A stretch of DNA of 24,000 bases from Streptomyces griseus (GTDB taxonomy: Bacteria > Bdellovibrionota > Bdellovibrionia > Bdellovibrionales > Bdellovibrionaceae): positions 740 to 24,739 of the forward strand of contig CALQIT020000030.1 of the NCBI GenBank assembly GCA_943330705.2. Direction: 5' to 3'. The stretch's first letter is position 1. Every line of letters starts with the position of its first letter. Shown here piece after piece: positions 1-7,239 of the stretch. The position numbers were made by a program, and so were the translations under genes. Below the pieces are notes generated by a model. The model saw only the letters and a program-made list of their open reading frames with translations, had not been told where the DNA came from and searched no databases.

Positions 1-810
1 ATAAAACCCATCAACAAACCTCGGGATCTGGGCTTGAACTGGAGTATCGATCGCAATGTATCGACGACGGATTTGACAAGCACAATTAATGAAATTGCTG
101 GTTTGCCGACCATACCTCAAGCGAACGATCTATTTTCAGCGCAAACTTTGGCTCCGCTTCTGTTAAATCCAGGATCAGCTTACAACGGAACAAGATGGAT
201 CTACACAGAATCAGGATGGGCCGACTGGCAAGGCATTGGAAATATCCGGGTCGCGGTTCGCCAGGACCATTTAGTTTATCTGCATGACCAGCGGCCAACA
301 CTTTTTAATTCTTTGACCGACCGGTTTGAAACGAATCCAATTCAGATCAATGAAAAAAATGAATTCGTCTGGCGCGTTCGCGAGCAGCTAAAAAAAATGA
401 CGCTCGAGCCCTTTCGCCTTAGCCGTAAAGATCTTCCTGAACCCACTTTCGTCAGTGAAAAACTAAAAAAGTGTTATGATCTTTTTCATAAAAAAGAAGT
501 GAGCTCGATTGAAAAACGGAAATGCGAAGACCGCTTAACAATTGAACTTTATGATTGGTTTATCAACCTTCGCACTCAACCCGAGGAATCGATCACTGAA
601 GAGGCAAAGAAAAAGTTTTTGCGCAACTATGCAGTCTTTCTTGCCGATAAAAAAACAGCAGAGCGCAATGAAATTTTAGGAAGGGTCTGGGACATACCCA
701 ACCACTTTTACCTAGAGAAATCGGTGACCGAAGAAATCCTTAAAGGCCTTCAAAACGTCATCACTCCCAGCCAAAAAGGAACTTCCGACGCGTCAGCAAC
801 TAAACACTGA
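1..810 (+). CDS. Sulfatase-family (alkaline-phosphatase superfamily) protein, C-terminal fragment; the 5' end lies outside the window
   Basis: Frame 1 is open from base 1 (IKPINKPRDLG precedes the listed TTG at 34), so the gene is truncated by the window edge. The segment STTDLTSTINEIAGLPTIPQANDLFSAQTLAPLL...IYTESG...LFNSLTDRFETNPI resembles the C-terminal part of sulfatase domains (D-l-xPT-l-e-aGl ... G-sl-pll ... LyDl-xDp-E-xN). It is followed by a helical, charged extension of about 150 aa. The family call is from motif resemblance only. Confidence 0.45.
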   Translation: MKPINKPRDLGLNWSIDRNVSTTDLTSTINEIAGLPTIPQANDLFSAQTLAPLLLNPGSAYNGTRWIYTESGWADWQGIGNIRVAVRQDHLVYLHDQRPTLFNSLTDRFETNPIQINEKNEFVWRVREQLKKMTLEPFRLSRKDLPEPTFVSEKLKKCYDLFHKKEVSSIEKRKCEDRLTIELYDWFINLRTQPEESITEEAKKKFLRNYAVFLADKKTAERNEILGRVWDIPNHFYLEKSVTEEILKGLQNVITPSQKGTSDASATKH

Positions 811-1406
811 GTCATCGGTGTCATATCAGATTGCATCGCAGTAAAAAAAGAACTGGGAATATAACTTCGCTCTAATAAAGTGACAAAAGTATCCTTATCA
901 ATCTGCAAACTACCAGAATTAATTTGGCAATTCTTCTCAAGGCCCAATCCATAGGTTACCAAAGGACTGCCTTGATGCTTTTGCCAAGCCCAATCCAGTT
1001 CGTAGGCAATGGGCTGAAGTCCCCGTGGATTGCTGGCCAAAATATGGGGACCGCCAACCTGAGCCCACGACAAAGTATTTCCTTTTAGGAAAAAAGCCGA
1101 GCTCTCGATGATGACTTGATAGGAGTTTTTATTTTCTACTTTTAACAACTGATCGTTGGCGGCAGTCATTGCTGACTTCAGCTGAAAAACACTTTCTGAA
1201 ATCGAGTCCTTCGGGACGCCGACCCGGGTTGCTTCTTCGTCAAAGCCCTGCTGCAAGAAATCAAGAAGTAGTTGATTATTTCTTTGCGCGATCTCAGGAG
1301 GTCCCCAGGCCGTCGATATTACAAAAAGACCAGAGGACTCAAGCGCCAAGAACTGAGGTTTTGGACGAAAACTTTTGCCGGAATACGAACGCTCTTGAAT
1401 TTGCAT
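750..1406 (-). CDS. PP2C-like protein with substituted metal-binding residues (putative pseudophosphatase); last gene of the FHA operon
   Basis: The ORF track gives 750..1493, but its first 29 codons overlap the upstream gene. The ATG at 1406..1404 forms TAATG with the upstream stop (TAA 1408..1406), giving 218 aa. By-eye alignment to bacterial PP2C (PstP/Stp type) gives four matches. AFFLKGNTLSWAQVGGPHILA aligns with a-l-GN-L-x-vahvGDSRxyl. LFVISTAWGPPE sits at the vaDGMGGH position. DTFVTLLERSYIP sits at the GDxlLLCSDGL position. The C-terminal PFWLGVMTF sits at the DNiTvvvv position. The fold-like pattern is kept while the conserved Asp residues are replaced. Confidence 0.5.
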   Translation of the reverse strand: MQIQERSYSGKSFRPKPQFLALESSGLFVISTAWGPPEIAQRNNQLLLDFLQQGFDEEATRVGVPKDSISESVFQLKSAMTAANDQLLKVENKNSYQVIIESSAFFLKGNTLSWAQVGGPHILASNPRGLQPIAYELDWAWQKHQGSPLVTYGLGLEKNCQINSGSLQIDKDTFVTLLERSYIPSSFFTAMQSDMTPMTQCLVADASEVPFWLGVMTF

Positions 1407-3316
1407 TAGCGAAATCCATATTTCTTTAATTTCGCTTTTGCCAAACCATAGTGTTTTACCTCGGGAATACTTTGTTCGACTATTTTTTTCCATTTCAATT
1501 TTGCGGCTTCGACTTCGTTAACGCCTTCTTCGATAATCGATTCCTCCCAGATAGCCTTCATTTGCTTTTCGATTTCACGACTGATGTCGGTCATTTGGCC
1601 ACGCACGGCCTCATTGGTCGGATTGATTTCTAGGGCCTGCTTCAAAAGCTGGTGGGCCTTTTTCAGTTCGCCACGTTTGCGTGAAGCATCGGCCTGCTTT
1701 TCATAGTCTTGCTGTTTGTTTGTCAAATTTTGTTCGATCGAAGCTATTTTTCGTTTTGCTTGGGGTCTTAATTCGTCCGGATCCGGTAAGTTCGAGTTGA
1801 TAACTCTTTGGTAGTCTGAAATTGCATCCAAATAGCGGCCACTTTGTTCTGTTCTTGTCGCTTGTCTGAAAAGATCCTGTAATCTCTTTACTTTGACGGA
1901 ACGCTCGGCCTGCAACTGACGATTCTGCAATCTTTGAGCACTAAAATTTTCGACAGAGGCCTTCAAGGATTCAATCGCTGGATGATTGGGACCCAAGGCC
2001 AGCACTGAGGACAAGCACTGCTCTAGATCTTGCATTTCCAAACTGGGATTGAGCTTCTTTTTGCAATGCTCAGCCTGCTTGCGAATCTTCTCGTCGGTCT
2101 CTGCCATCTTAGCTGTTAGATCTTCTTGCTTGTGGCGGTCATTCATCGCATCAATTGCAACTTGGCAATAGCCTTCGAGTTCTTTCGAGTTCATGTAATA
2201 GGGAACAAGTTCATGGATTTTGATAATTTCTTGCCGCGCTAACTCATACTTGCCATCTTTAAAAAGCTTATCCGCCAGACGATAGCTGTCTGTAACAAAC
2301 TCCTTTTGCTCTTTTGAAAGCTTTGTTAATGGATCCATTCTATCGATTCCTGATTTTTTAGGATCCGACGTGTTCTCCTCGGGAAATAGGGCAAATAAAA
2401 TGGCAACCACAAGCCCTAAACCAATTCCCATTCGCACTAAATTTTTTCGTTTGCCCTTATTTAGAACAGCCAGAACCGCTGGTACCGCCATGGCCCCATA
2501 GGAAATTCGATTCTGAACTTCATATGATTCTGGCAAATAGTTGGGCTGCAAGTAAGGGTCTGCTTCTGGGACATACAGGGCTGGAGCCCGCATCTCTTCA
2601 GAGATCTGTCCAACACGATCTTCGAAACTGGTATCCCGCAATTCGAACTGCATCGTCCACGAAGACACCTGAATCGCATCGCCGCTGGCCAAAACTAACC
2701 ACTCATTGGGTGATAGCGACAGGCCATTCACCATGGTGCCATTTGCACTTTCTAGGTCCCGGACCTTGAAAACACCATCGAATCTTTGAACTTCAAAATG
2801 CCGCCGACTCATTTGCACATAATCTATAAAAATAGAATTTCCCGTATCGCGCCCGGCTATCCAAGATTGGCCCTCAAGGCGAAATACTTTCAGTAGCTCA
2901 TTGGCTTCGTTATAAATTTTTAAAAAAGGAACTTCAGTGGCAATTGCCGCAACGAATGTGCGATCTGAAAAATCATGGACAATTTCTTTGTTCTGATTGG
3001 CAGGATCAACACTTGGCAAGTGGGCTTCATCCACAAATTCGAATTCGTAAGGTGGAACACTAAATTTGGATTCGTGCTGCAAATCAAGCCCTGCGATTTT
3101 TTCTCCGTTTGCAAACAAGTCGCCATACCGCGAAAGAACTTCAACGATCCAACCAATACCCGTATGTCGAATCTTAAAGTGCTGCCGCGAAATTCGTTTA
3201 TCCGAGTCCAACATTAGGTCACACTGATTGCTGCGACCAGCGATATATTCACGCCCAATCTCTAAATTGAGCTCGGTTACCATTGCAGAGTTGAGTAGAA
3301 TTCTCAACTTAGGCAT
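1406..3316 (-). CDS. Membrane protein with tandem N-terminal FHA domains, one TM helix and a long C-terminal TPR-like/coiled-coil region
   Basis: 636 aa. FHA-a spans about res 18-95 (IAGRSNQCDLML...ISRQHFKI...LSRYGDLFANGEKI) and has a degenerate S-x-NG-T motif. FHA-b spans about res 144-226 (IAGRDTGNSIFI...MSRRHFEV...DLESANGTMVNG) and is canonical. The TM helix is about res 293-311 (LVRMGIGLGLVVAILFALF). The remaining 320 aa or so are helical repeats rich in K/E/Q (for example GKYELARQEIIKIHELVP, SGRYLDAISDYQRVINSNLPDP, LKKAHQLLKQALEINPTNEA). The start ATG at 3316 overlaps the upstream stop (TGATG). Confidence 0.85.
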   Translation of the reverse strand: MPKLRILLNSAMVTELNLEIGREYIAGRSNQCDLMLDSDKRISRQHFKIRHTGIGWIVEVLSRYGDLFANGEKIAGLDLQHESKFSVPPYEFEFVDEAHLPSVDPANQNKEIVHDFSDRTFVAAIATEVPFLKIYNEANELLKVFRLEGQSWIAGRDTGNSIFIDYVQMSRRHFEVQRFDGVFKVRDLESANGTMVNGLSLSPNEWLVLASGDAIQVSSWTMQFELRDTSFEDRVGQISEEMRAPALYVPEADPYLQPNYLPESYEVQNRISYGAMAVPAVLAVLNKGKRKNLVRMGIGLGLVVAILFALFPEENTSDPKKSGIDRMDPLTKLSKEQKEFVTDSYRLADKLFKDGKYELARQEIIKIHELVPYYMNSKELEGYCQVAIDAMNDRHKQEDLTAKMAETDEKIRKQAEHCKKKLNPSLEMQDLEQCLSSVLALGPNHPAIESLKASVENFSAQRLQNRQLQAERSVKVKRLQDLFRQATRTEQSGRYLDAISDYQRVINSNLPDPDELRPQAKRKIASIEQNLTNKQQDYEKQADASRKRGELKKAHQLLKQALEINPTNEAVRGQMTDISREIEKQMKAIWEESIIEEGVNEVEAAKLKWKKIVEQSIPEVKHYGLAKAKLKKYGFR

Positions 3317-4371
3317 CAGTAACCCCCTTCCATTTTAACTGTGCACTTATCGTAGCCCATCTTTGCTTCCCGATATTTAATATTGGTTGAATCCTTAATC
3401 ATTGTCATCGCGTTAGTAAAGGCCGCCCGGCACAGGCGATAATTGGTCTTATCCATATATTGCCGACCTTGCAAAAGATTGAAATCAACAACACCCTCAA
3501 ACTTTCGTTCGGCCTCTTGTTTGTACTTTTGCGCCAGCTGATGTTGTGGGTAGAAGGAAAGTGCCGCTTGAAAGGACTGAACTGCCCGGCCATATTGCCC
3601 CTGGCGATAATCACGAAAGCCCTGCTGATAGTGCTCATCGGAAATCTTAAAATTAATGCTCTCTTGACCTTTAAGACCCTTGATCTCATGCAACTTTTTC
3701 ACTTCCATTGCTGAGTCTTGGATTTCCTTTTCAATTTCAGAGTCACTGCGAATTTCTATAGCCCTCTTTTTTCCAGAATTTCCGCTAAACAATATTGCAG
3801 CACCAATAATAAGTACCGCGCCAATGACATACATTAAATTTTTATTTGAAGTCGACTCAGCTACCGGTGGCAAGTAGTTACTATGAGCTATCGGAGAATA
3901 CGTTGGGTTCGAAGTTGTGCCTCTAATCTCGGCGCTGGGTCGGACTTGCGGTTTCATAACAGGAATGGACCCGACGGCTTGCAATATGGGCTTAGTGACT
4001 TCTTTAGCAACACTAAGGTTTGAATTGCCACCACTAGCCACAGTGCTTGCGATCAAATTCTCAAAGTCCACCTGAACCTGCGTGTCACCGATCAGAAGAA
4101 CACTTCCATTGGTCAGCGAGCATTCTTCTTCCCGTTTGCCATTTACAAACAGTGCATTTTTTTGGCTGACGTTGCGGACCATTAGTCGGCCACTGTCAAT
4201 TCGAATAGCGGCATGGGTGCGGCTAACCTTTGAATCATGAATCAGGGCAATATCATTCTCTGGCCCACGGCCAATTGTAATTACAGCCTTATCAAAATTA
4301 TAACTTTTGTCGGTGCCTAAAATTTTGATTTTATATTTTAATGCCCGTGCCAAGATAGGGGCTGTACTCAT
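3316..4371 (-). CDS. FHA-domain membrane protein (FHA, one TM helix, C-terminal TPR-like domain)
   Basis: 351 aa. FHA spans about res 12-102 (ITIGRGPENDIAL...VSRTHAAIRID...NVSQKNALFVNGK). An S/T/P-rich linker follows. The TM helix is about res 178-196 (LMYVIGAVLIIGAAILFS). The C-terminal part is TPR-like (HYQQGFRDYRQGQYGRAVQSFQAALSFYPQHQLA). The start ATG at 4371 overlaps the upstream stop as ATGA. Confidence 0.85.
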   Translation of the reverse strand: MSTAPILARALKYKIKILGTDKSYNFDKAVITIGRGPENDIALIHDSKVSRTHAAIRIDSGRLMVRNVSQKNALFVNGKREEECSLTNGSVLLIGDTQVQVDFENLIASTVASGGNSNLSVAKEVTKPILQAVGSIPVMKPQVRPSAEIRGTTSNPTYSPIAHSNYLPPVAESTSNKNLMYVIGAVLIIGAAILFSGNSGKKRAIEIRSDSEIEKEIQDSAMEVKKLHEIKGLKGQESINFKISDEHYQQGFRDYRQGQYGRAVQSFQAALSFYPQHQLAQKYKQEAERKFEGVVDFNLLQGRQYMDKTNYRLCRAAFTNAMTMIKDSTNIKYREAKMGYDKCTVKMEGGY

Positions 4372-5975
4372 GCAGCGCCTCCTTGGACTTCATCCGCGGG
4401 ACTGAAGATGACCATGAAGTATTCGGGTTCGCCTGCTGATCCGCTGACGGATTGACAGCGAAGCAAAGCCTGGTTGCTATTGATTTCTAACTGGTCTTCG
4501 GCAATTTGCGAAGGATTGCGTTTGGCTCTATCTAACAGGTCGCCAATATTCTTCTGCAAGGCTTGGTCAGGAATGTAGTTAATACTCTGTCCTTGAATAC
4601 GTGCGGCCCCAACTGACGTTAGTCTTTCAAAGGCTTGATTGACGCCCAAAACAATTGAATCTCGACTGATTAACAGGGCGGGATAGCCAACCATAGATAA
4701 CACATTGCTAAGTTCTTGATCCTTTATCATGGAAGAGCCCATGGGTTTGGCCGAGTCACCGTGCAAGGATCGAGAAATTAAACTATTAACTGAAACAAGG
4801 ATTTCTTGCATGACCGGCAAACGAATATCGATGCTGGCTTGGTCCCGGCCTTCTCGCAAGGCCAGGTCCAACTCCTTTTTTAGCAATGAAAATGGGCGCT
4901 CAATTACTTTATACATAAAGAAAAAGATCAAAAAACCACAAAGGCTTGCTAGCATTAACATTTGCACAAATAGACTGACAGCTCGCCCATCATTAAAGGC
5001 TAAACTGCTGCTATCAAAAATCACCACCGCATAAGCCCGGGTCATATTTTCACCGATTTGGGGATCGTAAGCGACAATTGGGGCGCCAGCAGCGACTCGG
5101 CCGTCGGAAAGTTCTGCGGAATACTCCTTGGCTTGTGCCCTTAGCTTTTTGACGAATGCCAATTCCTTTTGCGGAGTGGTTCCGGTCAACGCTGGTGGCG
5201 CAAGAATATTTCCGTCCTTCGCTAAAATGTAAACTTGGTCGATGCCTTCTTCTTTGATAATTGGTTCAGAATCATATTCAGCAAACCGGCCATCTTTAAC
5301 CATTCGTGAATTGGCAGAAGCCAAAGACCGAGCAATGGTTAATGCCCGGCGCTTACTTTCTGAAGTGATACTTTCAGAGGTTATAAACTTCATTGGTAAA
5401 ATAGAAAGAAGCGTGACTAAAAGAACAAAAACAGTGGCAAATCCATAAATCACATTGCGGAACTCAAAGACCACCGGAAGGCGATAAACCGCAGGCAAGG
5501 CAACGTGTTCGATATAATGTTTGGCTTTTTCTAAATATCTTTCAACTGGACTGCCTGTTAACCCCGGTGAATTAACGGGTGACTCAACAGGTCCCGGCTG
5601 GGGAAAAGAGTGCTGGCCTGGCATTGCATAGGGTGAGACAGGTGCTCCTGCCGGCCGTAAAGTTGGCTGAGTCCCGACTTTGTCCTGGGCAAATATAATA
5701 TCAAATAGAATTTCGTGGACGCTCAGTTTATCACCAACTTTGGCGATGCTTGGCCGGTTGATCCGAACCCCATTAAGAAAGGTGCCATTACTGGATTGAA
5801 GATCCAAAATAACCAAGCGATCAGATAGGGCTTCGATCTCGAAATGTTCTTTAGAAATTCCTGTGCTTTGAAACTGAAAATCTGTTGTTGACCCGCGGCC
5901 AAACTTATTTTTGCCCTTTTTCAATTTGTAAATCTGGCCCGCTTGAGGGCCATTTAGCACCCTAATGGCCCACAT
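4368..5975 (-). CDS. FHA-domain sensor-type membrane protein: FHA, Pro-rich linker, TM, periplasmic loop of about 135 aa, TM, HAMP-like, PAS-like; no enzymatic output domain
   Basis: 535 aa. FHA spans res 1-95 (FGRGSTTDFQF...ISKEHFEIE...DLQSSNGTFLNG). The P-rich linker is res 100-145. TM1 is about res 174-195 (VIYGFATVFVLLVTLLSILPM). The extracytoplasmic loop is res 196-331 (YILAKDGNILAP...APIVAYDP...RAYAVVIFD, possibly Cache/PDC-like). TM2 is about res 332-355. The HAMP-like segment is KVIERPFSLLKKEL...MQEILVSVNSLISR. The PAS-like segment is about res 420-526 (ALLISRDSIVLGVNQAFERLTSVGAARIQGQSI). The protein ends right after the PAS-like region. The start overlaps the upstream DUF192 gene by 14 nt. 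Confidence 0.8.
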   Translation of the reverse strand: MWAIRVLNGPQAGQIYKLKKGKNKFGRGSTTDFQFQSTGISKEHFEIEALSDRLVILDLQSSNGTFLNGVRINRPSIAKVGDKLSVHEILFDIIFAQDKVGTQPTLRPAGAPVSPYAMPGQHSFPQPGPVESPVNSPGLTGSPVERYLEKAKHYIEHVALPAVYRLPVVFEFRNVIYGFATVFVLLVTLLSILPMKFITSESITSESKRRALTIARSLASANSRMVKDGRFAEYDSEPIIKEEGIDQVYILAKDGNILAPPALTGTTPQKELAFVKKLRAQAKEYSAELSDGRVAAGAPIVAYDPQIGENMTRAYAVVIFDSSSLAFNDGRAVSLFVQMLMLASLCGFLIFFFMYKVIERPFSLLKKELDLALREGRDQASIDIRLPVMQEILVSVNSLISRSLHGDSAKPMGSSMIKDQELSNVLSMVGYPALLISRDSIVLGVNQAFERLTSVGAARIQGQSINYIPDQALQKNIGDLLDRAKRNPSQIAEDQLEINSNQALLRCQSVSGSAGEPEYFMVIFSPADEVQGGAA

Positions 5976-6312
5976 ACAGCTCGTCTCCTGCTTGCAAATT
6001 TAGCTTCGCGGCAACACCCGCTTTGACCTCAACGACCGACGAAGCCCCCCAAATTGGGAACACCAATCGACCAGGTACGACGTTGCCTACAATTTTCTTA
6101 ACCCGCAAACTTGAATCAAGAAAAATGCAGTCGATTGCAAATTTCATAAAAAAAGTATGAATGCTATTGCAGTTGTGAATCCACAAACCGGATTGATTGC
6201 TTAATTCCGCCGTGCCCAATAAGCCTTTCATTCGTGGCCAAAAATTTTCTGCGACGTCAAGATCACCGATTAGAACTTCAGAATTAATTTTTTTCTTGAG
6301 TATTGCCATCAT
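5962..6312 (-). CDS. DUF192 (UPF0127/COG1430) family protein
   Basis: 116 aa. The pattern RMKGLLG...GLWIHNCNSIHTFFMKFAIDCIFLDSSLRVKKIV...SSVVEVKAGVAAKLNLQAGDEL matches the DUF192 signature (GLM-x...G-mlF...-v-FWMKNt-ipLDiiFld-xG-vv...yVLEl-aG...gi-xGd-v). No N-terminal signal peptide or TM helix is apparent. The start forms ATGA with the upstream TadC-like stop. Confidence 0.7.
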   Translation of the reverse strand: MMAILKKKINSEVLIGDLDVAENFWPRMKGLLGTAELSNQSGLWIHNCNSIHTFFMKFAIDCIFLDSSLRVKKIVGNVVPGRLVFPIWGASSVVEVKAGVAAKLNLQAGDELYVGH

Positions 6313-7211
6313 TTTCCACCGTAGTAGAAGCTAACGATAACCGGACCAAAGACGACCAGCATCACAGCCGGCATAATAAACAGCATCATTGGTACCAACA
6401 TAATTTGTGAAGCCCGGGCCCCTGCTTTTTCGGCCCGCACAAATCTTTCCAAACGAATTTGATTACTTTGATCCTTCAGCACCTTAGAAATACTTGCTCC
6501 CGTGGCATCGGCATCAACTAACACCGCAACAAAACTTGTGATGTCACCAATATCTAATCTTGTCGAAAGGCCCTTAAGGGCATCGGCCCTTGCCGATCCA
6601 AGCTTGATATCCTGCAATACGGTGCCAAGCTCCTGAGCCAAAACGCTATCACTTGCCTTGTCGACAATTTTTTGAATGGCTGCAATAAAGTCCAAACCAG
6701 CCTCAGTGGACAGGGCCAAAAGATCTGCAAAAAATGGTAGATCGGCGCGGACCGACATTTCCCGGCGGCCCTTTTCACTGCTGGCATAGATTCGTGGAAC
6801 CATCGCGCCCAGTGGAATTCCTAACAAACAAAAAAGCCAGGGTAACTCAAGATCAAGTCCGTAATTCAAGAAAGCAACAAAACCCGATACCAATATCGCC
6901 CAAAGAATCTGCAGGCCGATAAACTCATCAACATTTAGCTCTCGCGAAAGACCAGCCGTTAGTAAAATTTTTGCCACCCGTTTTCGGTAGTCGGGGCTTT
7001 TGATTCTGATGGCATGCTGAATTGTGAATACATGCACCAATGGGCGTGAAAAGTTGATCAAGGGGTTTTTCGATTTGGCGGGCTCGTTGCCACTGGCCCA
7101 TACCAACATTTCTTTGTCGTTGTTATTCGTAAGCATGGCAGACGTAAAAGTATAGACCGCCACTGCGGCCAAGAAGACGCCAAAAATTAAGAGTAAATCT
7201 GCGCTTCCCAT
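6309..7211 (-). CDS. TadC/TadB-like inner-membrane platform protein (type II secretion system F-domain family)
   Basis: The ORF track gives 6309..7241. I prefer the ATG at 7211 (MGSADLLLIFGVF...) because AGGGGAAG lies 5-6 nt upstream, whereas a 7241 start would overlap the divergent maf start. There is an N-terminal TM helix, then a central pair of TM helices. The T2SS-F-type core follows: LALSTEAGLDFIAAIQKIVDK...LAQELGTVLQDIKLGSARADALKGLSTRL...ITSFVAVLVDADATGASISKVLKDQSNQIRLERFVRAEKAGARASQIMLVPMMLFIMPAVMLVVFGP. Size (about 300 aa) and topology are typical of Flp/Tad pilus TadB/TadC. Confidence 0.8.
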   Translation of the reverse strand: MGSADLLLIFGVFLAAVAVYTFTSAMLTNNNDKEMLVWASGNEPAKSKNPLINFSRPLVHVFTIQHAIRIKSPDYRKRVAKILLTAGLSRELNVDEFIGLQILWAILVSGFVAFLNYGLDLELPWLFCLLGIPLGAMVPRIYASSEKGRREMSVRADLPFFADLLALSTEAGLDFIAAIQKIVDKASDSVLAQELGTVLQDIKLGSARADALKGLSTRLDIGDITSFVAVLVDADATGASISKVLKDQSNQIRLERFVRAEKAGARASQIMLVPMMLFIMPAVMLVVFGPVIVSFYYGGK

Positions 7212-7239
7212 TTTTCTTCCCCTGTGGTGAGTTAGTACC

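Noticed and set aside
86-301. Short antisense or alternate-frame ORFs nested inside long, well-supported CDS. Examples: 86-301, 1169-1429, 1451-1633, 1986-2171, 2461-2769, 2920-3217, 3405-3877, 4729-5034, 5242-5448, 6554-6922, 7763-8041, 8326-8514, 9090-9469, 9695-9913, 11928-12294, 12929-13177, 13565-13759, 13985-14429, 15245-15547, 16126-16548, 16779-17132, 17438-17668, 18055-18390, 18873-19471, 20227-20409, 20781-21032, 21215-21767, 21813-22200, 22310-22615, 22777-23245.
   Set aside because: Each lies wholly within a longer ORF that has clear family motifs. They have low-complexity or Arg/Ser/Cys-rich composition typical of out-of-frame translation, and they lack an RBS or any recognisable domain.
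1407-1493. N-terminal extensions offered by the ORF track: 750-1493, 6309-7241, 8575-9444, 13978, 15096, 17815-18591 and 19682.
   Set aside because: The extensions overlap upstream genes or add leaders that do not look like native protein sequence. Internal starts have better RBS spacing, start/stop coupling (TAATG, ATGA) or canonical family N-termini. The start coordinates remain uncertain by a few codons.
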